Assembly (NCBI GenBank): GCA_964621395.1
Contig: CAZULS010000001.1
Location: 245,106 to 309,105 of the forward strand
DNA length: 64,000 bases
Direction: 5' to 3'
From: an uncultured Candidatus Saccharibacteria bacterium
Lineage (GTDB): Bacteria > Patescibacteriota > Minisyncoccia > Phycocordibacterales > JACNGX01
This document shows positions 1 to 9,757 of the stretch, piece by piece. The notes under the pieces were generated by a model. It was not told the DNA's origin and did not search any database. It was given only the letters and a program-made list of their open reading frames with translations. Each line of letters opens with the position of its first letter. The stretch's first letter is position 1. The position numbers were made by a program, and so were the translations under genes.

Positions 1-1194
1 TTGGATCGCAATGACCTTATCTATCAAACAGAAAAAGGGAAATTTACGGCTATTGCGCGCAAGGTAAAAGAGCTTCAAGACAAAGGACAGCCGGTACTCA
101 TCGGTACGGTCTCGGTGGAGAATAACGAGCTTCTTTCGGCGTATCTCACGAAAGAGGGAATTAAACACAACGTGCTCAACGCCAAGCAGCATGAATCTGA
201 AGGTGAGGTAATTGCTCAGGCGGGAAGGAAGGGCTCGGTTGTGGTGGCAACCAACATGGCAGGACGCGGTGTCGATATTAAGCTTGGGGGAAATCCGTGT
301 ACGGAAGAGGAATATGAAGAAATAAAATCACTGGGCGGACTCTTTGTCCTTGGTACTGAGCGTCATGAAGCGCGCCGTATTGATGACCAGCTTCGTGGTC
401 GTGCCGGTAGGCAGGGAGATCCCGGAGAGACGCAATTTTTTGTGTCGCTTGAGGATTCACTTATGCGCGTGTTTGCCTCTGATGCCATTAAATCCATGAT
501 GGGACGTTTTGGAATCCCTGAAGATGAGCCGATTGAAAATAAAATGATTACACGCTCACTTGAGACAGCGCAGAAAAAGATAGAAGGGTTCAACTTCGAC
601 GCTCGTAAGCACGTGCTTGAATTCGATGATGTTTTAAATCGTCAGCGCACATCGATTTATGATCGCCGTCGCATGCTTCTTCTTGGAGAGCGTGAGGATG
701 TGATTGCGTTCTTTGAGGAGATAAAGAATGTGTATCCGGATTTGGAGAAAACGATAGAAGAGAAGAGCGCGCTCATGGGGGAAGAGGGGTTTTGGGAGAC
801 GGCACGCCGTGTGGCGCTTCAGGTGATTGATATGCTCTGGATGGAACACCTTACCACTATGGACCATCTTCGCAGCTCGGTAAACCTTCGCGCCTACGGA
901 CAGCGAGATCCACTTGTTGAATACAAGAAAGAAGGATTGCGCATGTTCCATATTCTTGAGGAGGCCATCTTTGATCAGATTGCGCAGACAGTGCCCAATA
1001 TTGGTGAGGGGGCATTTAAACGTGAAGAACAAAAACTCGAGGAGACGAAAAAGAGCATGGAGAATGCGCGCACTAATACAAACGGCGATGAGAAGGTTGC
1101 TCAAACACCCGTACGTGCCGATGAGAAGGTGGGGCGCAATGATCCATGCCCGTGCGGAAGCGGGAAAAAGTATAAGAAGTGTTGTGGAGCGTAG
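1..1194 (+). CDS. secA: Preprotein translocase SecA, C-terminal portion (5' end outside window)
   Basis: ORF 1..1194 enters from the left edge. The translation has SecA helical-scaffold/C-terminal linker sequence and ends with the zinc-binding tail CPCGSGKKYKKCC typical of SecA. Confidence 0.85.
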   Translation: MDRNDLIYQTEKGKFTAIARKVKELQDKGQPVLIGTVSVENNELLSAYLTKEGIKHNVLNAKQHESEGEVIAQAGRKGSVVVATNMAGRGVDIKLGGNPCTEEEYEEIKSLGGLFVLGTERHEARRIDDQLRGRAGRQGDPGETQFFVSLEDSLMRVFASDAIKSMMGRFGIPEDEPIENKMITRSLETAQKKIEGFNFDARKHVLEFDDVLNRQRTSIYDRRRMLLLGEREDVIAFFEEIKNVYPDLEKTIEEKSALMGEEGFWETARRVALQVIDMLWMEHLTTMDHLRSSVNLRAYGQRDPLVEYKKEGLRMFHILEEAIFDQIAQTVPNIGEGAFKREEQKLEETKKSMENARTNTNGDEKVAQTPVRADEKVGRNDPCPCGSGKKYKKCCGA

Positions 1195-1200
1195 GAATAT

Positions 1201-1503
1201 ATGGAGATGTTGTTTGCATATGAGACACTGCAGGATACTTCTATCTTGAAAGAAGTGATTGGGCGGAGCATGAAGGGAATCCCAGACGTTCTTTGTGGAT
1301 ACGAAAGAGACAAGATTGTTATTGAGGGGGAGACATATGTGGCAATTGTCCCTAATAGCGATTCTTTGGTTGTGGGCAGATGTCTTTCAGTGACGACTGC
1401 TGAATTAAAGATGATTGACGAGTATGAGACGGAAGCGTTTGCGCGTGTGCAAGTGACCCTTGAGAGCGGAGTGAAAGCATGGGTGTATGTGAAAGAAGAG
1501 TAA
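1201..1503 (+). CDS. Gamma-glutamyl cyclotransferase-like (AIG2/GGACT family) small protein
   Basis: 100-aa ORF starting MEMLFAYETLQD, resembling the YGTL N-terminal motif of the GGCT/AIG2 family. It is followed by a UUCG-loop terminator hairpin. Confidence 0.4.
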   Translation: MEMLFAYETLQDTSILKEVIGRSMKGIPDVLCGYERDKIVIEGETYVAIVPNSDSLVVGRCLSVTTAELKMIDEYETEAFARVQVTLESGVKAWVYVKEE

Positions 1504-1536
1504 AAGCGCGGCGACCTTCGGTCGCCGCGCTTTTAC
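1502..1536 (+). terminator. Rho-independent terminator (gcgcggcgacc-ttcg-ggtcgccgcgc + T tract)
   Basis: GC-rich 11-bp stem with a UUCG-type tetraloop followed by tttt, directly after the stop of ORF 1201..1503. Confidence 0.6.
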
Positions 1537-1747
1537 TCTCCCTCTATTATTGTCACCAAGCACCAAACTTATGACTGAGACGACACGGAGAATGTTAAGA
1601 AGTAAAATCACTGAGGATGATATATCAGATTTCAAAAATCATAGATTTGGTGCTCGGTCTCGGGGGAATTATTTCAAAAAGTGGGCCACGAACAAAACCA
1701 AAGACTATCTTTGGTATATATACCAAAGATAGTCTTTGGTTTTGTAA

Positions 1748-1877
1748 GATCCCGCATCACCAGAGCCCCACTTTCACCAATATCATTTGCAGTAAAACAT
1801 CTTTTTCCCCTCTCCTACAATCTACGATTTCTTAATATATTCAGTGAAAGTGAAGCTCGGCAGGAGCCAGGAATGAC
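1748..1877. repeat. MITE-like element, family 1 (about 130 nt, 'cactttcac' family)
   Basis: gatcccgcatcaccagagccccactttcacc...ttcagtgaaagtgaagctcggcaggag... The ends are roughly 35-nt inverted repeats. Near-identical copies lie at 11940..12070, 12337..12468 and 41488..41618. Confidence 0.7.
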
Positions 1878-1935
1878 AAAATTTGTTTTTGTTTCCCTAT
1901 AAGCTATCAGCTAAAAGCTCTAAGCTATAGTGCTC

Positions 1936-1963
1936 TTGACAAACCCCGTCCATCTGCTATAAT
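1936..1963 (+). promoter_or_regulatory. Sigma70-type promoter (TTGACA-16 nt-TATAAT)
   Basis: ttgaca at 1936-1941 and tataat at 1958-1963, preceded by the recurrent 'aagctatcagctaaaagct' motif; drives the small ORF at 1995. Confidence 0.6.
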
Positions 1964-1994
1964 TGACACATTAGTAATTAAGTTGCTTTGTCTT

Positions 1995-2186
1995 ATGGAA
2001 AATCAATTTGATAAAGAAGGATTTCTGAAGACACCGACTGAACAACTTCAGGAGGCGATGGATACATATGGCACCTATGAGAATGTTCCTCAGGAGATAA
2101 AAAATTCACTGGAAGAACAATTTGGTTCTAAGGAACTTGTTCGCATAGAAGTTGAGACAATAGAAGAAAAACTTGAAGCTGCGTAA
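1995..2186 (+). CDS. Hypothetical small acidic protein (63 aa)
   Basis: In-frame ATG inside ORF 1983..2186 (MENQFDKEGFLKTPTEQ...). Strong promoter upstream and terminator downstream; no recognisable family. Confidence 0.3.
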   Translation: MENQFDKEGFLKTPTEQLQEAMDTYGTYENVPQEIKNSLEEQFGSKELVRIEVETIEEKLEAA

Positions 2187-2202
2187 TAAACGAATACACA
2201 AA

Positions 2203-2236
2203 ACAGCGCGGGCGAAAGCCCGCGTTGTTTTTGTGG
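2203..2236 (+). terminator. Rho-independent terminator (cagcgcgggc-gaaa-gcccgcgttg + T tract)
   Basis: GC stem with GAAA loop followed by tttttgtgg. The TTG start of track ORF 2225 lies inside it, so that start is rejected. Confidence 0.6.
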
Positions 2237-2272
2237 TACGAAAATGAGAGCGAGTGCGGTATACTTAATACA

Positions 2273-3568
2273 ATGATTCAAAATCACAACGATATCGCTA
2301 CAACTCCTTTGCGGGAAGATGCACTCGCTATTCTTGAGGCGGGGTATATGGCGATTGACACAAAAGAAGCTATGGGGCGACAGTTTAGAAAAGAGGGCAA
2401 TACGCTTTTCATTGGCGATACCACGTACGATCTTTCTTCCTATAGCCATGTATATGTTGTGGCTTTTGGGAAATGTGCCGCTCTCGCCTCGGAAGTGGTG
2501 GAAGAGGTATTGGAGGAAGTAATCACCGATGGTGTTGTCATTGATGTGCGCAGTGGTGCGGAGCTCTCGCGTTTGCAGTATCACAAGGGAACGCATCCGT
2601 TTCCTTCCGAGGCAAATGTCATGGCAACCCACAATATTGAGGCGATGTTGAAAAAGGCAACGGAAAAAGACTTGGTCGTGGTCGTTGTTTCAGGCGGTGG
2701 CTCTTCTTTACTGTGCTCTCCACACGACATGACATGCGAAGCGCTCACCGATATCACGGATGCGCTCTTCCGCGCGGGCGCAACGATTGATGAATTGAAT
2801 ACCGTACGCAAGCATACATCGCGTGTGCAGGGCGGACAGCTTGCCGCGCTGGCGCATCCTGCGACGGTCGTCTCCTGTGTGTTCTCCGATGTTCCCGGGA
2901 ACAATCTCTCGGTCATTGCTTCGGGTCCAACAATTCTTGACCAAACAACCAAAGAAGATGCGGCACGCGTCCTCGCGAAATACGACATTCTTGAAATATG
3001 CACGCTGCCGGAGTGTGAACTCGTGGAGACACCAAAGGACCCGCATATATTCGCACGTGTCTACCATACGCTTATCGTCACCAACGACAGTATGCTTTCG
3101 GCAATGGCAAAGGAAGCACACAAAAGGGGATATGACGCTCGTATTGAGGGCACCAATGTGCAGGGTGAGGCCTCACGTGTTGGTGCTCGAATTGCACGTA
3201 ATGCATGTGCACGAAAGAGCTGTCTTCTCTATGGCGGAGAAACGACGGTAACCGTCGGCAATGCAAAAGGAAAGGGAGGACGCAATCAAGAGGTGGCGCT
3301 TGGTGCGCTCGTACACATGATAGATTCTCTGGACACACCACAAAAACTGGTACTCGGCGCTGCCTCCGACGGATGGGATAATGGTCCTGTTGCAGGAGCA
3401 ATTGCCGATAGCTCTGTTGCAGCGAGTGCCGCTCTTTCTGGGCTTGATCCGGAAGCATATCTTGAAGCCCATGATGCATATCCATTTTTTGAAGAAACGA
3501 ACGCACACATCATCACTGGACGAACAGGCGCAAATGTTGCCGATGTGTATATGAGTTTGACCGCATAA
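2273..3568 (+). CDS. Glycerate 2-kinase (MOFRL family, GckA/TtuD-like)
   Basis: Internal ATG (MIQNHNDIATTP) of ORF 2225..3568. N-terminal DUF4147-like region (VVAFGKCAALASEV) and C-terminal MOFRL motif (GGETTVTVGNAKGKGGRNQEVAL). Confidence 0.65.
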   Translation: MIQNHNDIATTPLREDALAILEAGYMAIDTKEAMGRQFRKEGNTLFIGDTTYDLSSYSHVYVVAFGKCAALASEVVEEVLEEVITDGVVIDVRSGAELSRLQYHKGTHPFPSEANVMATHNIEAMLKKATEKDLVVVVVSGGGSSLLCSPHDMTCEALTDITDALFRAGATIDELNTVRKHTSRVQGGQLAALAHPATVVSCVFSDVPGNNLSVIASGPTILDQTTKEDAARVLAKYDILEICTLPECELVETPKDPHIFARVYHTLIVTNDSMLSAMAKEAHKRGYDARIEGTNVQGEASRVGARIARNACARKSCLLYGGETTVTVGNAKGKGGRNQEVALGALVHMIDSLDTPQKLVLGAASDGWDNGPVAGAIADSSVAASAALSGLDPEAYLEAHDAYPFFEETNAHIITGRTGANVADVYMSLTA

Positions 3569-3670
3569 ATACTTTTTGTTTTAATCAGGGAAGTTGGAAC
3601 ATTGCATTCGTGTGCAATGTTTGTTTTTTACAGAAAAAAGAATAAAAAGAAAACTACAAGGAGAGAAATT

Positions 3671-5491
3671 ATGTGTGGAATAGTAGGATACATAGGGAAA
3701 AAATCTGCAACTGAAGTCGTACTCGATGCCCTTAAGCGTATGGAGTATCGGGGGTATGATTCTGCCGGATTGTATCTTGACGGTCTGTATGAGCGCGTAA
3801 AGAAAGGTGAGAGTCTCAGGGAAAGAGTTTATCGTCTACCTGGTCATGAAGCTAAAAAGGGGCTTGGTATTGGGCACACTCGTTGGGCAACGCATGGGGT
3901 GGCAAATGAACAGAATGCTCATCCCCATACCGGTATAAATGAACGTGTCTTCGTTGTCCACAATGGCATGATTGAGAATCACACAGCTCTTCGTGATGAG
4001 CTGGAAAAGAAGGGGGTGCAATTTTCTTCCGAAACAGATACGGAAGTTATTCCGCAACTCATTGAGCAGTACCTCCGGGAAGATCTTTCTTTTGAAGACG
4101 CAGTGTACAAGACATTGAGTCGGCTTGAGGGAACATATGGTCTCGTTATTCATGACACTGAGAATCCAGACATGCTGATGGTGGCTCGCATGAGCTCACC
4201 GGTTATTCTTGGTGTAGGAGACGATGAGCACATTGTCGCCTCTGATGTCATTCCGATTGTGCGGTACACAAACAAGGTTATCCATCTTGAAGATGGTGAT
4301 GTTGTGATCATGAGCCCTTCTGGGTATGCAATAAAAAGCAATGGGAGAAGTATCAAGCGGGCGATTGAGACACCTGATGTCGAAGTAGCCGCTTCTGAGA
4401 AAGGGGAATTCCCGCATTATCTCATTAAAGAGATTATGGAGTGCCCCGAAGTATTACAGAACACGCTTCGCGGGCGTGTACTCCCTTCCTATGAAGATGT
4501 GAAGCTGGGTGGTCTTACTGATTATGAGGATGTTCTCAAGAAAGTAGAACGCATCATCATTGTGGGATGTGGGTCAGCACTTCATGCCGGATATGTGGGC
4601 GAGTATCTTTTGGAAGAATACGCTCGTATTTCCGTTGAGGTACAAGACGCGTCCGAATTCGCCGATCGAAACCAGCCGTTTACAGAGGGGACGCTCATTA
4701 TAGCCGTCTCTCAATCGGGGGAGACGGCTGATACACTTCTCGCCATACGAGAAGCGAAGAGAAAAGGTTTACCGGTGATTGGCATTACCAACGTCGTTGG
4801 ATCGACAATTGCTCGTGAGACCGATGCTGGCATATATAATCATGTGGGACCAGAGGTGAGTGTGGCATCAACAAAGGCATTTATCTCACAGGTGATTGTA
4901 TTCATACTCCTTGCCGTGTTTTTCGGTAGACGAAAAGATCTTGCACCTGCAGATGCGAAAGAGATACTTTCAGAACTTACATCCCTGCATGAAAAAGTCG
5001 AGAGGGTCCTTTCCAGGTGGGAAGAGATTGTCGCTGTGGGAAAACAATATGCTTCGTATAACAATGCGTTGTATATCGGAAGAAGGTTAAGTGCTCCTGT
5101 TGCATTGGAGGGGTCTCTGAAACTCAAGGAGATCTCCTACATTCATGCTGAAGGATATTCTGCCGGGGGAATGAAACATGGACCACTGGCACTTATCGAT
5201 GAGGAGTTTCTCACCGTGTGTGTCATTCCGTATGACAATGTCAGGCAGAAGACATTGTCGGCAATGGAGGAGATTAAGGCGCGAAAGGGGAAAATCATCG
5301 CAATTGCGACAGAAGGTGACACTGAAGTCGAAAGACTTGCCGATACTGTTATCTTTATTCCCGAGACGCTGAAGGCGCTGTATCCCATATTGTCTTCCGT
5401 CGTTTTACAACTTTTTGCCTATGGCGCTGCGGTTGAGAGAAAGTGTGATGTCGACCAACCGCGTAATTTGGCAAAGTCGGTTACCGTGTGA
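3671..5491 (+). CDS. glmS: Glutamine--fructose-6-phosphate aminotransferase (GlcN-6-P synthase)
   Basis: Starts MCGIVGY (catalytic Cys2 of the class II amidotransferase domain). Two SIS domains, about 606 aa. The upstream part of track ORF 3602 is a K-rich artefact overlapping the previous terminator. Confidence 0.9.
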   Translation: MCGIVGYIGKKSATEVVLDALKRMEYRGYDSAGLYLDGLYERVKKGESLRERVYRLPGHEAKKGLGIGHTRWATHGVANEQNAHPHTGINERVFVVHNGMIENHTALRDELEKKGVQFSSETDTEVIPQLIEQYLREDLSFEDAVYKTLSRLEGTYGLVIHDTENPDMLMVARMSSPVILGVGDDEHIVASDVIPIVRYTNKVIHLEDGDVVIMSPSGYAIKSNGRSIKRAIETPDVEVAASEKGEFPHYLIKEIMECPEVLQNTLRGRVLPSYEDVKLGGLTDYEDVLKKVERIIIVGCGSALHAGYVGEYLLEEYARISVEVQDASEFADRNQPFTEGTLIIAVSQSGETADTLLAIREAKRKGLPVIGITNVVGSTIARETDAGIYNHVGPEVSVASTKAFISQVIVFILLAVFFGRRKDLAPADAKEILSELTSLHEKVERVLSRWEEIVAVGKQYASYNNALYIGRRLSAPVALEGSLKLKEISYIHAEGYSAGGMKHGPLALIDEEFLTVCVIPYDNVRQKTLSAMEEIKARKGKIIAIATEGDTEVERLADTVIFIPETLKALYPILSSVVLQLFAYGAAVERKCDVDQPRNLAKSVTV

Positions 5492-5505
5492 CAAAAAGCA
5501 TGTGC

Positions 5506-5537
5506 ATGGCCGCCCTAAGAGGCGGCCTTTTTTGCGG
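5506..5537 (+). terminator. Rho-independent terminator after glmS
   Basis: ggccgcc-ctaaga-ggcggcc hairpin followed by ttttttgcg. A second UUCG-like hairpin terminator follows at 5574..5607. Confidence 0.55.
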
Positions 5538-5636
5538 GTTGTGTTTGATAGAGTAAAGGAATATGAAAGCAAAAACGCGGCGACCAAAGGTCGCCACGTT
5601 TTTTTTGGGCAGTGTGCTCTCTAGAACAAATATGTT

Positions 5637-5712
5637 GTCATCCCGCACTTGATGCGGGATCTAAACGTTAAGAAACAATTCTCTCGAGATCCCGCATCAA
5701 GTGCGGGATGAC
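5637..5712. repeat. Hairpin-unit pair (gtcatcccgcacttgatgcgggatc ... gatcccgcatcaagtgcgggatgac), family 1 short form
   Basis: Two 25-nt palindromic units in inverted orientation, separated by 25 nt. The same unit recurs at more than 20 intergenic sites, for example 15504..15529, 15561..15586 and 61088..61220. Confidence 0.7.
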
Positions 5713-5800
5713 AAGATGTGTCTTTTTACCGTTAACTTTTTTTAATCTCCTAATATTTTAATTTTCTTTTTTGTTTGTTCTTCTTTTTTATTCTCCTACT

Positions 5801-5833
5801 GTGCCCGAGCACGACTTGTCGTGCTTTAGGGTC
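5801..5833 (-). repeat. REP-like 30-nt hairpin repeat (gcctaaagcaYgacRagtcRYgctcggcca family)
   Basis: The reverse complement matches copies at 13511..13540 and 47631..47660. Confidence 0.5.
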
Positions 5834-5967
5834 GTTCATCGTTCCTGTTATCAACAGTTCGTAAAAAATTTTTGTAGCACGCATGATATGATTAAGATAC
5901 AAAATTTTATTTTTCGTTTTCAATTTTTTATTTTTCTTTTTACCGTTAATCGTTTATTGTTTTTTAT

Positions 5968-8478
5968 ATGAAAGACAAACGTCACGCGCTCATCCTTCGA
6001 CTCTCGGATCTCTCCAATGATGATGTTGCACTCGTGGGAGGGAAAAATGCATCACTCGGAGAGATGTATAACGCTCTCTCGGGGAAAGGAGTCGTTGTTC
6101 CCGATGCCTTTGTGGTGACGGCCCATGCGTATCGCACGTTTGTTTCGGGAAGCGGCCTCTCGGAGGTTATCAAGAAAGAATTGAAGGGTCTTGATACACA
6201 CGATGTTGTTGCGCTCGCTCGAGCAGGGCGTCGTATCAGGAGCGCTTTCATGCGCAAGCGCATGCCGAAAGTGATTGCCGATGAAATTATCGCTGCATAC
6301 GAAGTATTGTCTCAGGAATACGATATGACGGCGGCTGATGTTGCGGTGCGTTCCTCCGCTACCGCAGAAGACCTTCCCGGCGCATCATTTGCCGGAGAGC
6401 ACGAAACATTCCTCAATGTGCGCGGTGGAAATCACGTGGTAGCTGCAGTGCAAAAAGCGTTCGCCTCACTCTTCACCGACAGGGCGATTTCCTATCGCGT
6501 GGATAAGGGCTTTGCACATACCGACATTGCACTTTCCGTGGGCGTGCAAAAAATGGTGCGCAGTGATAAGGCGTGCTCGGGTGTGATGTTTACTCTCGAC
6601 ACTGAGACGGGCTTCCCACATGTGGTACAAATCTCCGGTTCGTTGGGCTTGGGAGAGATGGTGGTACAAGGAAAGGTGACGCCGGATGAGTTTCTTGTCT
6701 TCAAGCCCTCACTTCTCTCAGGGCATGATGCGATTTTAAAGCGCAGTGTTGGCGCGAAAAAAACGAAGATGATTTACGGCGGTGCGCGCACGGAGCCGAC
6801 ACGCGTGATGCCGGTGCCGGAAGACGAGCGCGGAGAGCTGGTGCTTTCCGACGCGGAAGTCCTCGAGCTTGCGCGCGCGGGCGTGATAATCGAAGAGCAC
6901 TATAGCAAGCGTGCCGGAAAGGCGATGCCGATGGATATGGAATGGGCGAAAGACGGCGAGTCAGGTGATCTCTTTATCGTGCAGGCGCGTCCGGAGACGG
7001 TACAGTCGGAGAAAAAAGGATTTTCATACACGGAGTATCATTTATCACCAACGAAAAAGAAACCGATTGTGGAGGGCATTGCCGTGGGCACAGCCATTAC
7101 CTCAGGGAAGGTGCGTGTGATTGCAAATGCCAATCGCATGGACGAATTCCGTGATGGTGAGGTGCTTGTGGCAACCATGACCGATCCAACGTATGAACCG
7201 ATTATGAAAAAAGCGGCGGCGATTGTCACCGAAAAGGGCGGACGAACCTCACATGCGGCAATCGTTGCTCGTGAGCTCGGTATTCCGGCGGTGATTGGTA
7301 CGGGCAATGCACGGAAGATGCTCAGTACCGGCGACGTGGTCACAGCAGATACATCTTCGGGTGTGGTCGGGCGAATATATCCCGGGAAGATTAAATGGGA
7401 AGAGAAGACATACGACTTCAAGAAAATTCCTTCACTCCGTACGAAGCTGTGTTTGAATGTGGGTGACCCTGAGGGTGCGTTTCGTCTTGGTATGCTGCCG
7501 CAAGAGGGAGTCGGACTTGCTCGAGAAGAGTTTATAATCGCCTCACATATCGGCATTCATCCGCTCGCGCTTCTTCACTTTGACAAAATCTCGAATTGGA
7601 AAGTGAAAGAAGAGATTGAGAAGAAGACAGCAGGATTTAAGGATAAGAAGGAGTTTTTCATTCACACACTTGCTGAAGGCATTGCGCGCATTGGCGCCGG
7701 ATTCTGGGACAAGGATGTAATCGTGCGGTTCTCCGATTTTAAGAGTAATGAATATCGTACGCTTCTCGGAGGAGATCTCTTTGAGCCGGAAGAAGAAAAC
7801 CCAATGATTGGATGGCGCGGGGCGTCGCGCTACGTGCATCCTAATTATGAGAAGGCGTTTCTCTTGGAAGTGGAAGCATTGAGACGCGTGCGTGAAGACA
7901 TGGGCATGACGAATGTGCATGTGATGGTGCCGTTCTGTCGCACCCCCGAAGAAGGGCAAGCGGTACTCGATATTTTGGAAAAGCATGGTCTTTCTCGTGA
8001 ACCAAAGAAGAAAAACGGACTCAAGGTACACGTGATGTGTGAGCTTCCGACCAATGTACTGCGCGCGAATGACTTCCTCGATATCTTTGACGGCTTTTCC
8101 ATTGGTTCCAACGACCTCACGCAGCTTACACTTGGTCTGGATCGCGACTCGGCAATTGTCGCAGGTATTGGAAATGAGAATGATGCGGCGGTGAAAGCAC
8201 TCGTCTCACAAGCCATTGCCGTGTGTCGAAAGCGCAAGAAGTATATTGGCTTCTGCGGACAGGCGCCGTCAGATTATCCCGAATTTTTGCGATTCCTCGT
8301 GGGAGAGAAGATTGAAGCGATCTCACTCTCACCCGACACACTTCTCCCGATGATGAAGGAGGCGGCTAAAGTGGAGAAAGATGAAAAGACGACAATAAGA
8401 AGGATAGTGCCCCAAAAGAAGCCTAAGTCATCGAAGATGACCGGCCAAGGAAAAACAAAGACGACAAAGAAGAAATAA
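5968..8478 (+). CDS. ppsA: Phosphoenolpyruvate synthase (pyruvate, water dikinase)
   Basis: 836 aa. N-terminal VGGKNASLGEM ATP-grasp motif, central phospho-His domain and C-terminal PEP-utilising domain. Unusual Lys-rich C-terminal tail (KKPKSSKMTGQGKTKTTKKK). Confidence 0.85.
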   Translation: MKDKRHALILRLSDLSNDDVALVGGKNASLGEMYNALSGKGVVVPDAFVVTAHAYRTFVSGSGLSEVIKKELKGLDTHDVVALARAGRRIRSAFMRKRMPKVIADEIIAAYEVLSQEYDMTAADVAVRSSATAEDLPGASFAGEHETFLNVRGGNHVVAAVQKAFASLFTDRAISYRVDKGFAHTDIALSVGVQKMVRSDKACSGVMFTLDTETGFPHVVQISGSLGLGEMVVQGKVTPDEFLVFKPSLLSGHDAILKRSVGAKKTKMIYGGARTEPTRVMPVPEDERGELVLSDAEVLELARAGVIIEEHYSKRAGKAMPMDMEWAKDGESGDLFIVQARPETVQSEKKGFSYTEYHLSPTKKKPIVEGIAVGTAITSGKVRVIANANRMDEFRDGEVLVATMTDPTYEPIMKKAAAIVTEKGGRTSHAAIVARELGIPAVIGTGNARKMLSTGDVVTADTSSGVVGRIYPGKIKWEEKTYDFKKIPSLRTKLCLNVGDPEGAFRLGMLPQEGVGLAREEFIIASHIGIHPLALLHFDKISNWKVKEEIEKKTAGFKDKKEFFIHTLAEGIARIGAGFWDKDVIVRFSDFKSNEYRTLLGGDLFEPEEENPMIGWRGASRYVHPNYEKAFLLEVEALRRVREDMGMTNVHVMVPFCRTPEEGQAVLDILEKHGLSREPKKKNGLKVHVMCELPTNVLRANDFLDIFDGFSIGSNDLTQLTLGLDRDSAIVAGIGNENDAAVKALVSQAIAVCRKRKKYIGFCGQAPSDYPEFLRFLVGEKIEAISLSPDTLLPMMKEAAKVEKDEKTTIRRIVPQKKPKSSKMTGQGKTKTTKKK

Positions 8479-8525
8479 CACAAAGCGCGCCCGGAGGGCG
8501 CGCTTTGTGATATCATATACCCATT

Positions 8526-9728
8526 ATGACATACGTACATATCGAACGGATTACGGCTCGCGAAATTCTTGATTCTCGCGGAAAGCCAACGGTTGAGGTT
8601 GAAATCTCGGGTAATGGACACACGGCCAAAGCTGCCGCACCATCGGGGAAGAGTACCGGCGTGAATGAAGCTGTTGAATTGCGCGATGAAAGCGGCGGTG
8701 TCTCTGGGGCACTCAAAGCAATTGAGAAGGATATTGCGTCGAAGCTCATTGCCGGAGAATTTACTTCACAAAAAGAAATTGATGCACTTCTTCGCGATAT
8801 CGACGGCACAGAGAATTTCTCTCGTATTGGTGCAAATGCAGCATTGCCTATTTCCATTGCCGCACTTCGCCTCGCCGCACTAGAAAGGGAGGTAGAGTTA
8901 CGAAACCACATTGCTGATATTGCCGGCACGAAAAAGAGCAAGCAAGCACCTCGTTTGTATGTGAACGTGATAAACGGTGGTGCACATGCAGATTTCACAT
9001 TGCCGTTTCAGGAATATATTATTGTACCGGAACACGAATCGGTACATGATGCCTATGCGTATATTGTAAAAGCAATTGATATTCTCGGCGGGCTCATAGG
9101 AGAGCGATATGGAAATGTGCCGCTTGGCGATGAAGGTGGATATAGTTTTGCATCAGAGAGCATTGAAGAGCCGTTTGAGCTTATTGGAAAAGCGATTGAA
9201 AAAGCAGGTGGAAAGGCCCACATTGCAATTGACGCTGCGGCGTCGGCCTTCTTTGAGGACGGTGCATATACGCTCTCGGGAGGGAAGGTCACCCCTGAAG
9301 GATTGCAAAAGGTGTATGAAAAAATCGTTGCCACATTTCCGCTTAAATCAATCGAAGACCCATTTGAAGAGCTCGATACGAAGCACTTTGCTGCACTTTC
9401 TTCTGCGCTTCCCAATACCCTCATCGTGGGCGACGATTTCACTGTAACCGACCCGGAGCGTATTGCCGATGCTGCCAAGAGAGAGGCGGCAAATGCGGTC
9501 ATCATTAAGCCCAATCAAATTGGCACCGTCTCCGATACACTTGAGGCAATTTCTGCGGCGCACAATGCCGGATGGAAGACAATCGTCTCTCATCGTTCCG
9601 GAGAAACACTCGATACATTTATTGCCGACTTGGCAGTCGGCACCGGTGCATATGCCATGAAAGCCGGCTCACCCCTCCAAGACGTCCGCCGAGTAAAATA
9701 TGAACGACTCCTTGAGATTGTGGAATAA
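8526..9728 (+). CDS. eno: Enolase
   Basis: 400 aa; SRGKPTVEVE, GGAHADF and IKPNQIGT motifs. A terminator hairpin follows at 9729..9757. Confidence 0.9.
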   Translation: MTYVHIERITAREILDSRGKPTVEVEISGNGHTAKAAAPSGKSTGVNEAVELRDESGGVSGALKAIEKDIASKLIAGEFTSQKEIDALLRDIDGTENFSRIGANAALPISIAALRLAALEREVELRNHIADIAGTKKSKQAPRLYVNVINGGAHADFTLPFQEYIIVPEHESVHDAYAYIVKAIDILGGLIGERYGNVPLGDEGGYSFASESIEEPFELIGKAIEKAGGKAHIAIDAAASAFFEDGAYTLSGGKVTPEGLQKVYEKIVATFPLKSIEDPFEELDTKHFAALSSALPNTLIVGDDFTVTDPERIADAAKREAANAVIIKPNQIGTVSDTLEAISAAHNAGWKTIVSHRSGETLDTFIADLAVGTGAYAMKAGSPLQDVRRVKYERLLEIVE

Positions 9729-9757
9729 AAAATACCCACCTCGGTGGGTATTTTGCC

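Noticed and set aside
2225-2272. TTG start at 2225 for the glycerate kinase gene
   Set aside because: The codons overlap the upstream terminator hairpin and T tract. The in-frame ATG 2273 fits the family N-terminus.
3569-3670. Possible glmS ribozyme in the glmS leader
   Set aside because: Only about 100 nt are available and they consist of the upstream gene's terminator hairpin plus an A-rich stretch. No conserved glmS-ribozyme core is recognisable.
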